This document shows, in pieces, positions 37,624 through 46,281 of a stretch of DNA of 64,000 nucleotides (the first letter of the stretch is position 1; each line of letters opens with the position of its first letter). A program made the position numbers and the translations under genes. This stretch comes from an uncultured Pseudomonadales bacterium (GTDB lineage: Bacteria > Patescibacteriota > Microgenomatia > UBA1400 > PJMF01), in contig CAZBEW010000001.1 of NCBI GenBank assembly GCA_964491115.1, positions 62,936 to 126,935 of the forward strand, written 5' to 3'. The notes under the pieces were generated by a model. It worked only from the letters and a program-made list of their open reading frames with translations. It made no database searches and was not told the origin of the DNA.

Positions 37624-40600
37624 TTAGCTAGCAAAATTATTAACAAAGGCATTAAGAGCACCAGTCCCCCCAATTCTAAAAGTTGAGGCCAATAAACAAT
37701 ATAAATCTGACTATTATCGGTTGGTTTATTGATCACCCAGGCATTAGCCCAATTACTTAATTTATGATGTTCTAATTTTTGCCCATCTTGATAAGCGACC
37801 CAAGCAGGATCAAAAGCTTGAGATAGACTTAAGTATTTTGTTTGACAATTAGACGATAAATTAACTTGATAGAGCCAGAAAGCTCTTTTTTGCACAGTAA
37901 AATCACAAGCGCTAGGCTGTTCTTGAAAAACTTGAGCAGTAGCATTTCGCCATGATAAATTTTTCAAGAAATTATATGGCCAAAAAAATACTTCAAGTGA
38001 TTCAATCAGATCTTCATTTAGCTCTCGTCCATAAGAGTCAATTGAGAAATACAAGGTGTAAGCTTGATTAAAATCTTCGGTTGGTGGTAAAACTTGATAG
38101 TTGATTCCTTCGCTTAAATAAGTTTCGATGGGACTGCGACCCGAGCTATCTGATTGCACAGCAAAAACAGCGGGTAGACTAGCTAAATTCTTTGCCTCAA
38201 GCCTGATTAAATAGCCTAAATCGTGCTTTAAATTGGCCAAGGGGAAATGATCGCAGATGCTGGTGCCAACTGCCTGATAAAAAGTACCTTCAGCCCACTG
38301 TTCCTTAGCCACAGAACCTCCTTGTAATGGTCGACAATCAACTGGTTCAAAAACATTTTTCTCGCTCGTCATCAGATTACTTTGCAAAATTACTCGGGGA
38401 ATTTTCACTAATAATTGCTCAGTTCCTTGATGGGATTCTTGCTCAACCCGCTTAGTTTGCTCAACCTGCTCAACTTGCACATTAAACAAATTTAAATCAA
38501 AAAAAGCATAGTCAAAATAAGCAGTACTTTGCTCGCTACTTAAGGCTATCGTGTTAGAAACGCTGGTGTTGAGCAATAAATCAATTTGGCCACTGTTTTC
38601 CAGCTGAGCAATTAAGTGATTGTTAATATTTAGATAACAGGCCTCGCTAGCTAAACATAAATGAGCATCAAAAACAAAATCTTTTTCTAAAGTAAAATTT
38701 GTTATTTGGTCTTGCTCAATAATTTCTGGAGCTAACAAACTAAAATTGAGTTGAGCCTCACCATTTTCCACCAACCAAGTTAAACGAAAAGGCAAGTCTT
38801 TTTCACTTTTAAGTAAGTCTGCAAAGTGCAATTGAAAGTCGGTGCTGGGGCTAGCTTTCAAGCTAGTAAGATAAAAATAATGCTCATCTTCACTTAAAGA
38901 AAATTCAAGGTTTTTTTGCAGATGATTGCTAAATAATGCTGGAAAAGGATAAATAAAATCAGGATTAATAGAAGCGGCTCGCTGCTCAGTAAGCAGCTGA
39001 TCATCAATACTTAAATAATGAGACAAATCAGCAAAAGCCTGATCAAGCCAACTAAAGCGATAATTATTTATCACTCTAGGTAAATCATCATACAAGCTAA
39101 TGAATTCTTGACGAGCCTGGTGCGGCTGTTTTTTGACTTGATAAATGCTTAAAAAGTCATATTGTTCAAGCAAGTGAATATTAGTCGAACTTTGTAAAAA
39201 ATCACTTATAGCCTGGTAATTAAAGGGTTTTTTGGTATTACGATTAATAATTGATTCATCCAAGATTAAATAGTCAACATCGTATTGGGCGAAGACATTT
39301 TCTAGGGCAACAATATCTTGTCGATCGAGGGCCAACTGCAATTGCCAGTAATATCGTTCACTGGCTTCGCTCCAAACATCGAAAGCTCGATCTAAAATAG
39401 GCTGTTTAATACCATACCAAATAAATCCAGAGCCACGATAACCCCAATCATTCCATTGCCAACCATAAAAAGTATGCTGAGGTAAATTAGCGATGCGGCT
39501 GCTCGCTGGAGCTTGATCTTTAAAATAATCAAAAAGTTGAAAATAGGCATCGGGAATATTTATTCGTAAACGCGAATAGAAAAAATTACCAGTAAAACTT
39601 GGCCATGAATAATACAACAAGGACAGGAAAAACAAGCCAGACAAAATAAATTGCCAAACCCTCTTCTTTAATAAAGAAAAAAGCCAAGCCAAGCCAAAAG
39701 TCAGCAACAAACTATAAAAAAGACTGTAGGGCACAATCCATTTGGTGAAAGCTGAGCGAAATATTTGGCCAAACAAAGGCAAATATTGGCGTAAAAAATC
39801 ATAAAGAAAAGCCAAGGGTGGATTAGAACCTGCCAAAATAAAAACTGTAAACAAAAAAACCAGCAGAATGGCTAAATGACTGTGAGCTAAAAATGATTTA
39901 TTTTTTTTGCTGAAAATTAATAATCCCAAACCCAAAAGCAATAATAAAAAATAGAGCCAGCTTACAATAATAACGCCTGGTTGATGAAAGTGAGTTTTCC
40001 ACACATCCATCAGGTAAACACTATTTCCCCATTGATTAAAGTCTGTGTAATCAAGCCAAAAACCCTTGAGAGTGGCTAAATTAGCAAAACTACCAAATTG
40101 ATTATTTTTTAAGAAAGTTACCTCAGTAGACATCAGGTTAATTTTGGCATCGACGGTGGTGTTACTGGCAAAAATTGTAAAATAAATGACAGGTAATAGC
40201 CAAAAAGCATTGCTTAAAAAGACTATTAATAAAACTAGGGCAAATTTTTTCCAAGTAATTTTTTTCTTGAGTAGAAAAAAAACCATAATAATCAATAAAA
40301 TTAACAAATAAACAATGAAGACCGTTTGGACGTAAGCAAAAATGCTCCCCAAAAGAGAAAACAAGATAAACAATAATAAGTTTTTTTTAGTCGATTGTTC
40401 TAGATAGCTTAAAAAGTAATAAATTAACCATGGGAAAAAAGCAAAAAAAGCGGCAAAAGGCTCAAAAGTGACATAAAAATTTTGCACTGTGCCCAAGTTT
40501 AATAAATAAAAACTAGCACCAAGAACAGCCAATAGTCGACATTGCTTATTGTTTCTTAATAAATGGGCAAATAAACGATAAGCTCCTAAAACACCCAGTA

Positions 40601-40910
40601 ATAAAGACAAATAATTCCAGAAATATCTTAGCCACTCTTGTTTTAAGATTAAAGATAAGGGCCATAACAACAGCTGGCGAATTAAGTCTGCTCCATGAGC
40701 CATCCCTCCCAATAAACCCAAACCCTGATATTCTTGCCAAACAGCATTAAAAGTTCTTTCTAAATTAATCCCCAAATCAAGCTCAACGGGTAAATTATCC
40801 CAACCAATTAAATAAGTATCTGGGGTAAAGTTCTGATAACACAAAACAGTGACTAAGAAAAACAAAAGCAGCTGAGGCCAGATCTTTTTAACTAGGGAAA
40901 TAAATTTCAT
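37575..40910 (-). CDS. Giant 1111-aa polytopic membrane protein; possibly a GT-C-type glycosyltransferase (AftD/DUF3367-like)
   Basis: About 14 hydrophobic helices in the first roughly 470 aa, then a roughly 600-aa soluble domain with a final C-terminal TM (LGGLVLLMPLLIILLA). Family assignment is tentative. Confidence 0.55.
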   Translation of the reverse strand: MKFISLVKKIWPQLLLFFLVTVLCYQNFTPDTYLIGWDNLPVELDLGINLERTFNAVWQEYQGLGLLGGMAHGADLIRQLLLWPLSLILKQEWLRYFWNYLSLLLGVLGAYRLFAHLLRNNKQCRLLAVLGASFYLLNLGTVQNFYVTFEPFAAFFAFFPWLIYYFLSYLEQSTKKNLLLFILFSLLGSIFAYVQTVFIVYLLILLIIMVFFLLKKKITWKKFALVLLIVFLSNAFWLLPVIYFTIFASNTTVDAKINLMSTEVTFLKNNQFGSFANLATLKGFWLDYTDFNQWGNSVYLMDVWKTHFHQPGVIIVSWLYFLLLLLGLGLLIFSKKNKSFLAHSHLAILLVFLFTVFILAGSNPPLAFLYDFLRQYLPLFGQIFRSAFTKWIVPYSLFYSLLLTFGLAWLFSLLKKRVWQFILSGLFFLSLLYYSWPSFTGNFFYSRLRINIPDAYFQLFDYFKDQAPASSRIANLPQHTFYGWQWNDWGYRGSGFIWYGIKQPILDRAFDVWSEASERYYWQLQLALDRQDIVALENVFAQYDVDYLILDESIINRNTKKPFNYQAISDFLQSSTNIHLLEQYDFLSIYQVKKQPHQARQEFISLYDDLPRVINNYRFSWLDQAFADLSHYLSIDDQLLTEQRAASINPDFIYPFPALFSNHLQKNLEFSLSEDEHYFYLTSLKASPSTDFQLHFADLLKSEKDLPFRLTWLVENGEAQLNFSLLAPEIIEQDQITNFTLEKDFVFDAHLCLASEACYLNINNHLIAQLENSGQIDLLLNTSVSNTIALSSEQSTAYFDYAFFDLNLFNVQVEQVEQTKRVEQESHQGTEQLLVKIPRVILQSNLMTSEKNVFEPVDCRPLQGGSVAKEQWAEGTFYQAVGTSICDHFPLANLKHDLGYLIRLEAKNLASLPAVFAVQSDSSGRSPIETYLSEGINYQVLPPTEDFNQAYTLYFSIDSYGRELNEDLIESLEVFFWPYNFLKNLSWRNATAQVFQEQPSACDFTVQKRAFWLYQVNLSSNCQTKYLSLSQAFDPAWVAYQDGQKLEHHKLSNWANAWVINKPTDNSQIYIVYWPQLLELGGLVLLMPLLIILLAKWQKNRALRLEKKSSL

Positions 40911-40936
40911 AACTCAATTGTATACAAAAACTAAGC

Positions 40937-42358
40937 TTAAGTGCCAGCTTGAGAATATATTGGCTTGTGCCAAAAATATCCTTTTTCTAGTCCGCTTGTT
41001 TTGACAATTTGTTCTTTAACAACTTGTTTTTTGACTGGCGTTATATGACTTAAATATTGTCCAGCAACCTCATTCCAGTCATGCGCTTTAGATAATTGAC
41101 GAGCAAAATTCCACATTTTTTGGCGTAAAACTGGATTTTGCCAGTTGTTTAAAAATACTTTGGCAAAAGAAGTGTAATTTAAGTCAAATAATAATTGATC
41201 AGTAGCGACACCATGCTTTTTAGCTAATTTTTGCACCTCATCTGTTCTTAAATTTTCGGCAAAAAAACTTGAGCAAATAAAAGACTTACGATATTGCAAA
41301 GCTAGAGCTAGAGCTCCAGAACTCGACATACGCGCACGATAAGGAAAAACTACTAAATCTGCCACTGCAAAAATCTTTGCCACCTCTTTTTCTGGCACGA
41401 AGCCAGTGTGAATAATATCTTGACTATTATTTTTGATTAAATTGTGCAGATTTTGATAAAAAGCACGCAAATGAGCCTGATTTTTTTGGGTAGGTGCCAC
41501 ATCTCCTGCTAATAATAATTTAGTATTCTTGCTTAACTTGCCAGATTTTTTTAAACGCAAAAAGTTCTTAATCAACCAATCAGTACCTTTGTACCAAGAA
41601 TGATAACCATAGGCTAAAACTAGTCGATCACTGGCTTGACAGCCCAAACTTTGCTTAAAATTAGCTTGTTGTTCTTGAGTTAAATTTTGATAACCATTAA
41701 TACCGTGAGGAATAATAGCTAATTTACGCTGAGGCACTAAGTTTTGTAATTTTTCAGCTAAAAATTGATCATGAACCAATATTTTTTGACTAGCCAAGCC
41801 CAAAATACTATAAAACAGACGCATCGCGCCATTAAAAAACAGAGTTTTTAGCGAACTAGCAGACAAGGCCACTTGACCAGACAAAGTAGCTAAATCTAAA
41901 ACTACTTGATGTAGCATGCTGTAGATTTTTTTGCCAAGCAAGCGTTGCCAAAGAAAGAAAAAAGGCAATAAAAAAGTAATAATTTCTTTGCCAAATAAAC
42001 TAAATTCAAATTGGAGGAGGATGTTTTTTGCCTGAGAAAAACGTTTAAATTGACTGTTTAGTTGAGTAAAAAGCTGAAGTGAGTTAACTGTATAGCTGGG
42101 AACAACTAAAATGTTCTTTTTGAGTAAATAAGCCTGGTTGTTTTCACCAACAATTTGCTCACACAGAACCACCACTCGTTGTTGATTGGGGAAATGTTGA
42201 AGTAATAATTGGCTATAACGAGCCACTGCGTTACGCTTGGCAATTTCCTCACCTTGCAGAGGAAAACTAGAAACTAGCAACAAAGTAGCTGAATCATTAA
42301 AGCGCTGGTAAGTCTTGTTACTTAATTTCATAATTTTTGGTAAAACAAAAACCACCAA
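40937..42358 (-). CDS. GT-B fold glycosyltransferase (GT4 / glycosyl-transferase group 1)
   Basis: The C-terminal half carries the GT1 signature pattern (LLLAGD...VPEKEVAKIFAVADLVVFPY...SSGALALALQYRKSFI). Confidence 0.7.
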   Translation of the reverse strand: MVVFVLPKIMKLSNKTYQRFNDSATLLLVSSFPLQGEEIAKRNAVARYSQLLLQHFPNQQRVVVLCEQIVGENNQAYLLKKNILVVPSYTVNSLQLFTQLNSQFKRFSQAKNILLQFEFSLFGKEIITFLLPFFFLWQRLLGKKIYSMLHQVVLDLATLSGQVALSASSLKTLFFNGAMRLFYSILGLASQKILVHDQFLAEKLQNLVPQRKLAIIPHGINGYQNLTQEQQANFKQSLGCQASDRLVLAYGYHSWYKGTDWLIKNFLRLKKSGKLSKNTKLLLAGDVAPTQKNQAHLRAFYQNLHNLIKNNSQDIIHTGFVPEKEVAKIFAVADLVVFPYRARMSSSGALALALQYRKSFICSSFFAENLRTDEVQKLAKKHGVATDQLLFDLNYTSFAKVFLNNWQNPVLRQKMWNFARQLSKAHDWNEVAGQYLSHITPVKKQVVKEQIVKTSGLEKGYFWHKPIYSQAGT

Positions 42359-42424
42359 TCCTAATTGATGAGCTTTGTTTTACCCGCGTCTCCTATGTTT
42401 CAAGGGGGACGCGGGTAAGGAGGA

Positions 42425-43342
42425 TTATGGGGCATAAGCCGTGAGGCTTTGCCCTGGAAAGGTGGCGGCCGCCCAGGCCTTTACCTGGGCTTCGGTCCAG
42501 CTGCTTGGCATTAGCCAAGCTTGGACCGTTTTATAAGCAATATTGTCCTGGGCATTCACCCAGAACACCAGCTGTTCATCCAACAGCGCGACAGTAGTCG
42601 CGCCTCGAGCGCCAATGCTGGCGCTGAAAGCTGAGCCATCCCAAACCCCGTGTACCGAAATAGACTGGGGTTGGTCAAAGTCGGCGTTGTCTGGCAAAAC
42701 CACCACTGGTGTGGCTTGTCCTAAGGGAAAAACAAAAATGTTTTTCCCGTAGTGGACAAAAATTGTCCAGTCGTAACCATTTGCTATCTGGTTCTGACGT
42801 TTTGCCGTCACGAACTCAGATGCGATCGGCGGCTTTGTAGTGGAAAAGTCCGCCATGTTCCAGTCTGCGGGATACACCCACAGGCTGGCCTCACGAACGG
42901 AGAGTTCCCACTCCACACCTGGGTCAAAGACCCAAATATGGTGCTCGGGATCGAGGGTCTGGCGACCCTCAATCAAAATGTTGCAACCAGCATAGTCTGC
43001 CAGCTGCTTCATTCCTGAAGACAACTTATAAAAGCCGTCTTCTTTCAGGTTGCTGAGGAATTCGATCCTCATTCCCTGATATCCGAGCGGACAATCCGCG
43101 ATTGCGACCACGGGTTCTTCCACCGGTACTTCAACCACTGGTTCTTCAACTACGGGTTCGACCACGGGTTCGACCACCGGGTCTTCGACCACGGGGTCGA
43201 CCAGCACCGGTTCCACGATAGGTACGGTTGTTTCCTTTACCTCTGTTGGAGGCAAAGGGGGTGCTTCTTGCTCAACCGGAGTCGAGCAAGAGGCGAGTAA
43301 ACTCGCCACTAACAACAAAACAAACAAAATTTTTGCGCGCAT
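42425..43342 (-). CDS. Lipoprotein with a (P-V-V-E)n linker and a C-terminal globular domain; the gene is strongly GC-rich relative to the genome
   Basis: Real start MRAKILFVLLLVASLLASCS (ATG 43342, SD AAGGAG 8 nt upstream). Lipobox L-A-S-C. Roughly 30 aa of PVVE-type repeats. The DNA is visibly GC-rich (GGCGGCCGCCCAGGCC...), unlike all neighbours. Confidence 0.7.
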   Translation of the reverse strand: MRAKILFVLLLVASLLASCSTPVEQEAPPLPPTEVKETTVPIVEPVLVDPVVEDPVVEPVVEPVVEEPVVEVPVEEPVVAIADCPLGYQGMRIEFLSNLKEDGFYKLSSGMKQLADYAGCNILIEGRQTLDPEHHIWVFDPGVEWELSVREASLWVYPADWNMADFSTTKPPIASEFVTAKRQNQIANGYDWTIFVHYGKNIFVFPLGQATPVVVLPDNADFDQPQSISVHGVWDGSAFSASIGARGATTVALLDEQLVFWVNAQDNIAYKTVQAWLMPSSWTEAQVKAWAAATFPGQSLTAYAP

Positions 43343-43708
43343 GATTTTTTCTCCTTTTTCTTGCGCAAATTCCACTAGACAGCAGTGGTCACCGACTCGT
43401 CCATTGCCCTGATGGCACGCTTGGACCAGCTTCTCTAACAACCACCTCAATCATGATTGCTAAAAAAGCTGGACCAAAATGCCTCGGGCATTATTTCCTC
43501 CTTGTTAAGGTGCGTCTCTTTTCGTAAGTGACTCAAAACTCCAGAAGCAATTTCTAGGTTTTAAGCTTTACTTAAGAGCTCCTTCTTCTACTCTTTCGAG
43601 TAGAGAATAATTTTTGACACAAGGGTTGGGGAAAAAAGATGGAGCTGTCAAAAACTATTCTCTAATCAAAAGATTCATTACTTATTTATTAATTTATTAA
43701 TATATATA

Positions 43709-43737
43709 AGTATATCAAATAAAGTCATTTTTGTCAA
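43709..43737 (-). promoter_or_regulatory. Sigma70 promoter (TTGACA-17-TATACT) reading toward the GC-rich lipoprotein gene
   Basis: Minus-strand sequence: ATGTCCCATAATA TTGACA aaaatgactttatttga TATACT. About 25 nt are shared with the promoter at 44658-44686. Confidence 0.55.
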
Positions 43738-43830
43738 TATTATGGGACATTACAATTATCTTTTTGCCAAATTTCTTAACTCAAGATCAAATAATCATTT
43801 AAGTTGAAAAGTCACCTTAGCTATTTTAAA

Positions 43831-43856
43831 AAGCCCTTCTGTCAAAGAAGGGCTTT
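43831..43856 (-). terminator. Rho-independent terminator downstream of the sortase-substrate gene (palindromic, potentially bidirectional)
   Basis: AAGCCCTTC-tgtcaaa-GAAGGGCTT, with a T-run on the minus strand (ttttaaaa follows). Confidence 0.55.
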
Positions 43857-43878
43857 CAATTTCATATTTCTGTAAATT

Positions 43879-44556
43879 TTATTTACTAAATTTCTTTGAT
43901 TTGCCTAAAGCAAAAGCACCTACGCCAGCTAAAGCCACCGCTTCTAAAATTAAAACTGTGCTTAAATCAAAACCAGTGTCTGGAGTGCTCTCAGTAATAA
44001 TGGCAGCACCATCGCTTTTTACACAAAAGCTAGCATAATCACTATCACTCACATCATCTGGGCGAGAATAAACTTTGGCCTTATTGGTAATACAAGTAGT
44101 ACCAGCTGGTAATTCGTTTTTACCCTTAAATCGAGCAGTAAAATAGACAGTAATTTCTTCATCAGGATCAACGGTATCAATAATAAATTTTAATTCATTG
44201 TCCTTAAATTCAACTGGGTATTCTTTGCCGTCTGCTCCTAAATAGAACATGTAATCAACTAAACGAGCGAAATCATCAATTAGACGAACCTTGTTGGTTT
44301 TAACATCGCTCACATTTTTAATGCGTAATCTAAATTTAACTTCTTGCTCAGGAGCAAAAGTGTAAGAGCTAGCAGCAATATTGTCCCAATATTCATTGGC
44401 TTTGGGATTAAAAATCTTTTTATCTAGGCTTAGATCGCCGTTTTCACAGACTTCACCACCGCCATAAACGGTGTGACAATCGCGAGCACTGGCAACATTA
44501 AAAGTCACTAAAAGAAAAGCTGTTGCTAATAAAAGGGAAGAAATTATTTTTTTCAT
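43879..44556 (-). CDS. Secreted surface protein with a C-terminal sortase-type sorting signal (TPDTG motif, TM, basic tail)
   Basis: Signal peptide MKKIISSLLLATAFLLVTFNVASA. The C-terminus reads ...ESTPDTGFDLSTVLILEAVALAGVGAFALGKSKKFSK (motif, hydrophobic helix, K-rich tail). It lies next to the sortase gene. Confidence 0.6.
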   Translation of the reverse strand: MKKIISSLLLATAFLLVTFNVASARDCHTVYGGGEVCENGDLSLDKKIFNPKANEYWDNIAASSYTFAPEQEVKFRLRIKNVSDVKTNKVRLIDDFARLVDYMFYLGADGKEYPVEFKDNELKFIIDTVDPDEEITVYFTARFKGKNELPAGTTCITNKAKVYSRPDDVSDSDYASFCVKSDGAAIITESTPDTGFDLSTVLILEAVALAGVGAFALGKSKKFSK

Positions 44557-44657
44557 AAATACTTTGTTATTTTTTTTATTTTTTTATTAATTTAATTTAT
44601 TTATTTTTAATTTAATTATATTTAATTTAATAAATGTAATAATGTGTCTGATACTCT

Positions 44658-44686
44658 ATTATATACTTATAATTAATTATTGTCAA
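44658..44686 (-). promoter_or_regulatory. Consensus sigma70 promoter (TTGACA-17-TATAAT) for the sortase-substrate gene
   Basis: Minus-strand sequence: AATATCCCATAATA TTGACA ataattaattataagta TATAAT. A perfect match to consensus in both hexamers and spacing. Confidence 0.65.
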
Positions 44687-44698
44687 TATTATGGGATA

Positions 44699-45520
44699 TT
44701 ATTCCTTAACAACAGGCACAGCGGTAATAAATAAACGCTGCCAACTGGTGCCCGGTGGCCAACAAGTTTGCAGTAATAAGATATTTTCCTCTTGAAGATT
44801 GTTAACAAAATCAATTTCTGTACTAGCGACTACATTTTGGGCAGTGACTTCGTAGACAAATTGTTCATCTCCCAAATGAAGAATGATTTGCTCGCCAATA
44901 GCTAAATCTTTGATTTGATAAAAAACCGCATTGTAAGCTTCGACATTCCATAAACCATTAGTAGAATGCCCAAAAATATAAATTAATTTTTCTTGACCAG
45001 GAAAAGCTGAGTTTTTGGCATGTGCCACACCAGATTCTAGTGCTGATTGATATTCTTCAGCATTATTAGGATCGATATTGGGATGAACCTGCTCGTAGAG
45101 TTCTAGGCTAGGTATTTCAATATAAAAAGGTAAGGTCGCGTAGTCGGGAGTTTCTATGAGCTTGGCTAAAGCGCTTTGACCGGCTTCTTGGCTGGAGGCC
45201 TCTTCTCTGGCAAAAATTGGCCAAGTCTTGTCGAGTTGCATTTTTGTCCAATCAAAAAAGGCAAAAGTATTCTCCTCTACTTCTTGTGGTAAATTTTTGA
45301 AAAATTCAGGAACAGCACTGATGAGCTGTTTTGATTGATTAAGTGTATTTGGTAATTTTTTAATTGCTTGAAAACTAAAAAATGGATTGCTTAAGATAAG
45401 CAGTAAAAAACTCAAAACAAAAGAAAAGATCGCCAACTTCTTGAGGCTTTTTGCTTTTTGTAAAATAAATTTAGCCGGGGATTTTTGATATAATCTCACC
45501 CTCGTCTTTTTATTTATCAT
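44699..45520 (-). CDS. Sortase (cysteine transpeptidase), N-terminally membrane-anchored
   Basis: TM at residues about 30-50. Catalytic His in LIYIFGHS, Cys in LLLQTCWPP (TLxTC-type), and Arg in SWQRLFI. Confidence 0.8.
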   Translation of the reverse strand: MINKKTRVRLYQKSPAKFILQKAKSLKKLAIFSFVLSFLLLILSNPFFSFQAIKKLPNTLNQSKQLISAVPEFFKNLPQEVEENTFAFFDWTKMQLDKTWPIFAREEASSQEAGQSALAKLIETPDYATLPFYIEIPSLELYEQVHPNIDPNNAEEYQSALESGVAHAKNSAFPGQEKLIYIFGHSTNGLWNVEAYNAVFYQIKDLAIGEQIILHLGDEQFVYEVTAQNVVASTEIDFVNNLQEENILLLQTCWPPGTSWQRLFITAVPVVKE

Positions 45521-45528
45521 TATGGGAC

Positions 45529-45556
45529 ATTATACTGAAAAATGTGAAAAAATCAA
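45529..45556 (-). promoter_or_regulatory. Putative promoter for the sortase gene, predicted to give a leaderless or near-leaderless mRNA
   Basis: Minus-strand sequence: TTGATT-16-TATAAT gtcccata ATG. It contains the shared GTCCCATAAT motif directly abutting the start codon. Confidence 0.4.
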
Positions 45557-45602
45557 GCTTTTGTCCAATGTCTTAAAAAAAGTTTAATGATAAAATTAAG
45601 AC

Positions 45603-46280
45603 ATGTTAAGTGCGAGATACGAGCGGAAATTTTTTTTAACTGAGCTAAATGATAAGCAATTAGAAACCATTATTAAATTGCACCCGGCAATTTTCTCAGA
45701 AATATATCACGAGCGCCAGGTTAACAGCCTTTATTTTGACAATCATAGTCTAGATTTTTATCAACATAATGTTCAAGGCAGTCAGGAACGTTTGAAAATT
45801 AGGCTGCGCTGGTATGATGACTTAGAAAATGCCCTCGACCCCAATTTGGAATTTAAAATTAAAGTTGGCTTGCTAGGCACTAAAGAGACAATTGCCTGCC
45901 AAAGTTTTTCCTCAGCTGGTGATTTGCCAATGATTAATGACTTGCTTATTACTGAAAATAATTTTGCATCGCTAAGTAAATATAAGCTAAAAAATCTCAA
46001 ACCAGTGATTTTAATTTCATATTTTCGGCGCTATTTTCAATCGGCTGATAAAAAATATCGCTTAACCATTGATCGTGATTTACGTTTTTATCAAGTTAAT
46101 AAAAATCAAATAACTTGGAACACTAAACTACAAATCAACGCAAATATCTTAGAATTAAAGTATGATCAGCAAAACGATACCGAGGCCGATAAAATTAGCT
46201 CATTTTTTCCTTTTCGCATGACTAAATCGTCTAAATATGTATTGGGAATGTTAAAAGTTTATCCGCAAGTTAAGATTTAA
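45603..46280 (+). CDS. VTC-domain (CYTH-like polyphosphate-polymerase-domain) protein
   Basis: N-term MLSARYERKFFL is typical of bacterial VTC-domain proteins. 225 aa. First gene of a tight three-gene plus-strand cluster. Confidence 0.55.
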   Translation: MLSARYERKFFLTELNDKQLETIIKLHPAIFSEIYHERQVNSLYFDNHSLDFYQHNVQGSQERLKIRLRWYDDLENALDPNLEFKIKVGLLGTKETIACQSFSSAGDLPMINDLLITENNFASLSKYKLKNLKPVILISYFRRYFQSADKKYRLTIDRDLRFYQVNKNQITWNTKLQINANILELKYDQQNDTEADKISSFFPFRMTKSSKYVLGMLKVYPQVKI

Positions 46281-46281
46281 C

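Noticed and set aside
42543-43018. Two plus-strand ORFs (69 and 88 aa) inside the lipoprotein gene
   Set aside because: They are antisense to a well-supported CDS. GC-rich DNA generates long stop-free frames by chance.
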